From: Mycolicibacterium smegmatis
GTDB lineage: Bacteria; Actinomycetota; Actinomycetes; Mycobacteriales; Mycobacteriaceae
DNA: 32,000 nucleotides
Direction of reading: 5' to 3'
Assembly (NCBI RefSeq): GCF_001457595.1
Contig: NZ_LN831039.1
Span: 3,390,001 to 3,422,000, forward strand
Every line of letters begins with the position of its first letter. Positions within the stretch are counted from its first letter, which is position 1. The notes below the pieces were generated by a model, which worked only from the letters and a program-made list of their open reading frames with translations, had not been told where the DNA came from and did no database searches. This document shows, piece after piece, positions 27,979-32,000 of the stretch. The translations under genes were made by a program, and so were the position numbers.

Positions 27979-28424
27979 GCCGGCTCAGACCGAAAGCGTC
28001 GATCACGCACACGCCGGTGAGCCAAGGCCACCGGAGGATGAGGTTGAAGTTCTCGTCGTCGACTTCGTTTGCGAAACGAGACGGTTCGTGGACCAGGTCG
28101 TCGGGCGAGCAATTTCCGTGGCCTCTGTACGCCTCATGGCGCACGCCCCCGCACTCGAGGTGCGGGGCGACCGGCGACGCCGACAACGAATCTCCCTCAT
28201 GAGGTTGATCTGGTGAAGCGGAGGCATTGTCAGGAGTCGTTTTCTTCTGGCGTGCGTTCAGAACATGTGTGTCGCTGCTTTGTGCGGTCTTACTGCTCGT
28301 CTGGGGCCTGACGAGCCGCTGCGGCGACGTGCGAACGGTGGAGGTCTGCCGGCACGACGGGAATAAAGTTGCTCGGTTCGCAATATATTGCATATCAACA
28401 TCACGTTCGGAGAAGAAGGATCAC

Positions 28425-28475
28425 ATGGCTGACGTCCGCGGGGCCGCGAGGGACGGGGGAGGCGGCGGTGTCTGA
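28425..28475 (+). CDS. Putative 16-aa leader peptide ORF upstream of and overlapping the sigma factor gene
   Basis: GAGAAGAAGGA-tcac-ATG GCT GAC ... GTG TCT GA; MADVRGAARDGGGGGV; overlaps the GTG at 28468 in another frame. Confidence 0.4.
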   Translation: MADVRGAARDGGGGGV

Positions 28476-29103
28476 CATGTCCGCGTGGGACCGCAGTTCG
28501 GCGGAGTGGCTGGTCGGCCTGCGCGCCCGGCGTGGTCAGTCGTATCGCGTTGCGGTCGAGGAACTCCACGCCATGCTCCTGAAGATCGCCCGTCACGAGA
28601 TCAACCGTCGCAGCGCACCGCCTGTGGGTGTGGAATTCGACGACATGGCGCATCAGGCTGCGGCCGACGCGTTGCTGGCGATTCTCGCCAAATTGGGCAC
28701 CTACCGCGGCGAGAGCCGGTTCACCACCTGGGTGTACAAGTTCGTCGTGTTCGAGGTGCTGAACAAGCTCAAGCGCTGGCGTGTGCACAACCGTGCCCTT
28801 GCGCTCGATGTCCACGCCGAGCAGTGGCAGGCACTGTCGGTGGGTTTCGCCACCGAGCCCAGCCACCATGTCGAAGCACGAGATGCCATCGCCGCGGTGC
28901 GGCGTGCCATCTGGGTGGTGCTCACCGAGCGGCAACGACAACTGTTCATCGGGGCGGTGATCGATGGCGATCCCCTCGATGTCCTGGCCGCGCGTCTCGG
29001 TATCAGCCGAAACGCGGTGTACAAGGCCGTCTTCGATGCGCGGCGCAAGATCCGGGCATTTCTTGTGGCCAACGGCCACCTGGTGGCGGAGGCATCCACA
29101 TGA
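28468..29103 (+). CDS. RNA polymerase sigma-70 family (ECF-like) sigma factor
   Basis: Region 2-like FDDMAHQAAADALLAILAKLGTYRGESRFTTWVYKFVVFEVLNKLKR; region 4-like LTERQRQLFIGAVIDGDPLDVLAARLGISRNAVYKAVFDARRKIRAFL; SD GGGGGAGG before GTG. Confidence 0.85.
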   Translation: MSDMSAWDRSSAEWLVGLRARRGQSYRVAVEELHAMLLKIARHEINRRSAPPVGVEFDDMAHQAAADALLAILAKLGTYRGESRFTTWVYKFVVFEVLNKLKRWRVHNRALALDVHAEQWQALSVGFATEPSHHVEARDAIAAVRRAIWVVLTERQRQLFIGAVIDGDPLDVLAARLGISRNAVYKAVFDARRKIRAFLVANGHLVAEAST

Positions 29104-29249
29104 GAAGCGGCGAACCCGCCCGTCAGAGGCCGGCCCACCCCCCACTCCCGGATGGGAAGGCTCTGCGTCGCAAGGCGATTCGATCGATCTGGATCACGCT
29201 CGTTCTCCTCACCGCACTGGCGGCCACCGCAATCGTCGCGGTCTGCTGA
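29100..29249 (+). CDS. Putative 49-aa single-TM protein translationally coupled (ATGA) to the sigma factor
   Basis: ATGA overlap with sigma stop; MRSGEPARQRPAHPPLPDGKALRRKAIRSIWITLVLLTALAATAIVAVC: soluble basic N-terminus then one hydrophobic helix. Confidence 0.6.
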   Translation: MRSGEPARQRPAHPPLPDGKALRRKAIRSIWITLVLLTALAATAIVAVC

Positions 29250-29387
29250 GCACGGTGCGCCTCGGACACAAACGGGAACCGTGGGCATGCGGTGCGGTGC
29301 CGAGCTTCGGTGATGTCATGCGGCCAACAATGTTCAAGATCATCGAACGTTATGTGCATGAAAATCACGTGGACATGAACAGTTGGC

Positions 29388-30272
29388 ATGGCATTCAATG
29401 CAGAGGTGACTTCCACTCCCGCACGCTCCGGCGCGCTGATGGCCATGGGCTCCATGGCCTGCGTGCAGATCGGTCTCGCAGTCGCGGTGTCGTTGATCGA
29501 CGAGATCGGCGCCGAGGGTGCGGCCTGGCTGCGCCTGGCGTGGGCGGGAATCCTGATGCTGGTCATCGTGCGGCCCAGGCCGTCGGCGTTCAGCAGGTCG
29601 GCATTCGGTGCGTGCGTGGTGCTGGGCGTGGTCACCGCGGGCGTCACGATGCTGTTCATGGCGGCGTTGTCCCGCATCCCGCTCGGAACCGCGGCGGCCC
29701 TCGAGTTCCTCGGCCCACTCTCCGTCGCGGTGATCCACGGCAGGGGACTCAACCGAGTGGTGTGGCCGGGTCTGGCCGGCGCCGGCGTTCTGCTGCTGAC
29801 CCAGCCGTGGACGGGCAATGTCGATCCGATCGGTGTGCTGTACGCGTTGGCCGCCGCCGTCTGCTGGGCGTGCTACATCCTGCTCACCCAGCGGGTGGGC
29901 GACGAGGTCGCCGGGATCAACGGCCTGGCGGTGTCGATGCCGGTCGCCGGTGTCGTCTCGACGGTCGTGGTCGGACCGTCGGTGTTCGGCCGCATGACTC
30001 CCGAGATCCTGTTCATCGGCATCGGTCTCGCGATCCTGTTACCCGTCATCCCGTTCGCGCTCGAGATGCTCGCGCTGCGACGGTTGAACGCGGGCGCGTT
30101 CGGCACCCTGATGAGCCTGGAACCCGCGTTCGCGATGGTGGTCGGCCTCGTCATCCTCAGCCAGGTGCCCGGACCCGCCGGCGTGCTGGGGATGGCCTGT
30201 GTCGTCGCGGCCGGCATCGGGGCAGCGCGCACGGGCGCACGGGATGCGCCCGTACCGGTCGAGGTTGGTTGA
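29388..30272 (+). CDS. EamA/DMT family transporter (RhtA-like)
   Basis: About ten TM segments, [63 protein letters not shown]. Confidence 0.9.
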   Translation: MAFNAEVTSTPARSGALMAMGSMACVQIGLAVAVSLIDEIGAEGAAWLRLAWAGILMLVIVRPRPSAFSRSAFGACVVLGVVTAGVTMLFMAALSRIPLGTAAALEFLGPLSVAVIHGRGLNRVVWPGLAGAGVLLLTQPWTGNVDPIGVLYALAAAVCWACYILLTQRVGDEVAGINGLAVSMPVAGVVSTVVVGPSVFGRMTPEILFIGIGLAILLPVIPFALEMLALRRLNAGAFGTLMSLEPAFAMVVGLVILSQVPGPAGVLGMACVVAAGIGAARTGARDAPVPVEVG

Positions 30273-30299
30273 TCGCGCGTCCGCGGATACCCTCCGAAC

Positions 30300-30659
30300 A
30301 TGGCCCGTCCCATGAACGATCTGATGTTCGTCCGAGCGGTCAACGGCGTCGCGTCCCGGCTCACCCGCGTCCCCGTTCTCGGATCCCTGGTGCGCCGCGG
30401 CATGATCGTCATCCGGTACACCGGACGGCGCTCGGGTCAGACGTTCGAGACCCCGGTGGGCTATCGGAAGGTGGGCGACGACCGCGTGGTGATCCGCGTC
30501 GAGATGCCGGACCGCAAGACGTGGTGGCGCAATTTCCTGGGCGAGGGAAGCTCCATCACGCTGGTCGGGCTGGACGGAGCCGACCGCACCGGCCACGCCG
30601 TCGCGCATCGCGACGAGGCAGGCAAGGTTTCGGTCACCGTCCAGCTCGATGCGCGTTAG
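30300..30659 (+). CDS. Deazaflavin-dependent nitroreductase-like family protein
   Basis: VLGSLVRRGMIVIRYTGRRSGQTFETPVGYRKVGDDRVVIRVEMPDRKTWWRNFLGEGSSITLVGLDG. Confidence 0.72.
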   Translation: MARPMNDLMFVRAVNGVASRLTRVPVLGSLVRRGMIVIRYTGRRSGQTFETPVGYRKVGDDRVVIRVEMPDRKTWWRNFLGEGSSITLVGLDGADRTGHAVAHRDEAGKVSVTVQLDAR

Positions 30660-31504
30660 ACGTCGATGCGCTTGCGGCGGTAGAGCGTTCCGGCCGCGAG
30701 CAGCAGCAGGCTGATCACCAGGATCGCGGTCGCCAGCACGTTGATCTGCGGCGGCACAGCCGCCTTGACCGCCGCGTTGACGTACAGCGGGTAGGTCACG
30801 GTCGATCCACTGACGAAGTACGTGATGATGAAGTCGTCGAGCGACAACGCGAACGACAGCATCGCCGCGGCCACGATGCCCGGAACGATCAGCGGCAGCG
30901 TCACCCTGAAGAAAGTGCGGGTCGGGCTGGCGCCGAGATCCATCGAGGCATCCTCGAGCGTCCAGTCGAATCCGCGCACCCGGGCCCGGACGGTCATGGC
31001 GATGAAGCTGATCTGGAACGCGATGTGCGCGATGACGATCGTGGAGTAGCCGGCCGCCCAGTTGAGATCGAGGAACAAGGTCAGCAGCGAGGCGCCCATC
31101 ACCACCTCGGGTGCGGTCAGCGGCAGCACCAGGAACGTGTCGACGGCACGCTGACCACGCCACCGCTGGCGCACCAGCGCGATCGCGACCAGCGTGCCGA
31201 AGATGAGTGCGATCGAGGTCGACACGGCGGCGACGTTGAGGCTCAACTTCAATGCCTCGGTCAGCGCCGGGTACTTGAACGGGTCCTTCCAGTTGTCGAG
31301 CGTGAAGCCCTGCCACGTGTAGTTGAACTTGCCTGCCGGCTTGTTGAACGAGAACAGCACGATCACGAAGATCGGCAGGAACAGATACAGCAGCACCAGG
31401 CCCGCGACGATGCGCAGACCCGCATCGCCCCAGCGACGGTTGCCCTTGACGACTGTGGGTTCGGCGGTGGCGTCGGTGGCCTCCGCCATTGCGGCCGTGG
31501 TCAT
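30656..31504 (-). CDS. potC: Spermidine/putrescine-type ABC transporter permease (PotC type)
   Basis: LYLFLPIFVIVLFSFN, DASMDLGASPTRTFFRVTLPLIVPGIVAAAMLSFALSLDDFIITYFVSG. Confidence 0.9.
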   Translation of the reverse strand: MTTAAMAEATDATAEPTVVKGNRRWGDAGLRIVAGLVLLYLFLPIFVIVLFSFNKPAGKFNYTWQGFTLDNWKDPFKYPALTEALKLSLNVAAVSTSIALIFGTLVAIALVRQRWRGQRAVDTFLVLPLTAPEVVMGASLLTLFLDLNWAAGYSTIVIAHIAFQISFIAMTVRARVRGFDWTLEDASMDLGASPTRTFFRVTLPLIVPGIVAAAMLSFALSLDDFIITYFVSGSTVTYPLYVNAAVKAAVPPQINVLATAILVISLLLLAAGTLYRRKRIDV

Positions 31505-32000
31505 ACCAGGTCCTCCGTACCGAGGGCGCGCGTGTACATCAGCACTCCGACCAGGATGATCGCCATCAGCACCATGCTCAGGGCCGCGGCGGCCGGGTAG
31601 TCCTTGACCACCAGGAACTGTTTCTGGATCACGTTGCCGATCATCGTGGTCTGTGTACTGCCCAGGTAGTCGGCGTTGATGAAGTCACCGACCGCGGGGA
31701 TGAACACCAACATGCTGCCCGCGAGAACACCCGGCATCGACAGCGGCAGAATCACTTTCGTGAAGCTGCGGGTGTTCGAGGAGTACAGGTCCTTCGACGC
31801 CTCGATCAGACGCGGGTCGATCTTCTCCAGGCTCACGTACAGCGGCAGGATCATGAAGATGATCCAGTTGTAGGTCAGACCACCGATCACCGCCCACGGG
31901 GTCGACAGCAGCCGGCCCTCGTCGGGCAGCAGACCGATCGCGCCGAGCGCACTGACCACCCAACCGTCGTCGGCCAGAATGGTTTTCCAGGCGATCGTGC
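31501..32000 (-). CDS. potB: Spermidine/putrescine-type ABC transporter permease (PotB type), 5' part beyond window
   Basis: YNWIIFMILPLYVSLEKIDPRLIEASKDLYSSNTRSFTKVILPLSMPGVLAGSMLVFIPAVGDFI; frame continues upstream past the ORF-track start. Confidence 0.88.
   Translation of the reverse strand, partial: TIAWKTILADDGWVVSALGAIGLLPDEGRLLSTPWAVIGGLTYNWIIFMILPLYVSLEKIDPRLIEASKDLYSSNTRSFTKVILPLSMPGVLAGSMLVFIPAVGDFINADYLGSTQTTMIGNVIQKQFLVVKDYPAAAALSMVLMAIILVGVLMYTRALGTEDLV

Noticed and set aside
28964-31600. 878-aa plus-strand ORF spanning the EamA gene to the PotC permease
   Set aside because: Arg/His-rich out-of-frame translation across three real genes on both strands; no domain-like text.
1-32000. 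Search for defence systems, prophage, transposases, toxin-antitoxin pairs, tRNA attachment sites
   Set aside because: No recombinase, nuclease/helicase defence genes, tRNA genes or insertion boundaries could be seen; gene content is metabolic, transport and regulatory.

Overview
The window is a GC-rich mycobacterial chromosomal segment, and gene content and order fit Mycolicibacterium smegmatis or a close relative (inference; no search was run). From left to right it contains: the C-terminal part of an ANTAR response regulator (PdtaR-like); a complete branched-chain amino-acid-type ABC transporter operon (SBP-livHMGF); a small UPF0060/YnfA-like membrane protein; a minus-strand cluster (SCO6745-like, RDD, DoxX with an 11-residue-repeat tail); a frameshifted FGGY/xylulokinase-like gene; an acyl-CoA-dehydrogenase-like gene, a LysR regulator and a thioesterase-like gene; and a sugar/polyol catabolic cluster. 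That cluster holds an FGGY kinase, an SDR, a SorC-type regulator, a Zn-ADH, an SBP, 2 permeases, 2 ATPases, a DhaKL-type kinase and an RpiB-type isomerase, followed by an M42-like peptidase. The remainder is a MerR/GyrI-like regulator, a sigma-70 family factor with tiny flanking ORFs, an EamA transporter, a deazaflavin/nitroreductase-like protein and a polyamine-type ABC permease pair. The polyol cluster closely matches the published M. smegmatis threitol/erythritol (tetritol) pathway, so it is probably not a new system. The less explained signals are the sigma-factor locus (a 16-aa leader ORF plus a 49-aa single-TM ORF, both coupled to the sigma gene), a 7-G frameshift lying exactly in canonical -1 slippage register in the kinase, a repeated TGAACANNNGTTC motif upstream of the Zn-ADH gene, a strong intercistronic hairpin in the liv operon, and the hendecad repeats of the DoxX protein. 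No tRNA, rRNA, CRISPR array, transposase or phage gene was seen.
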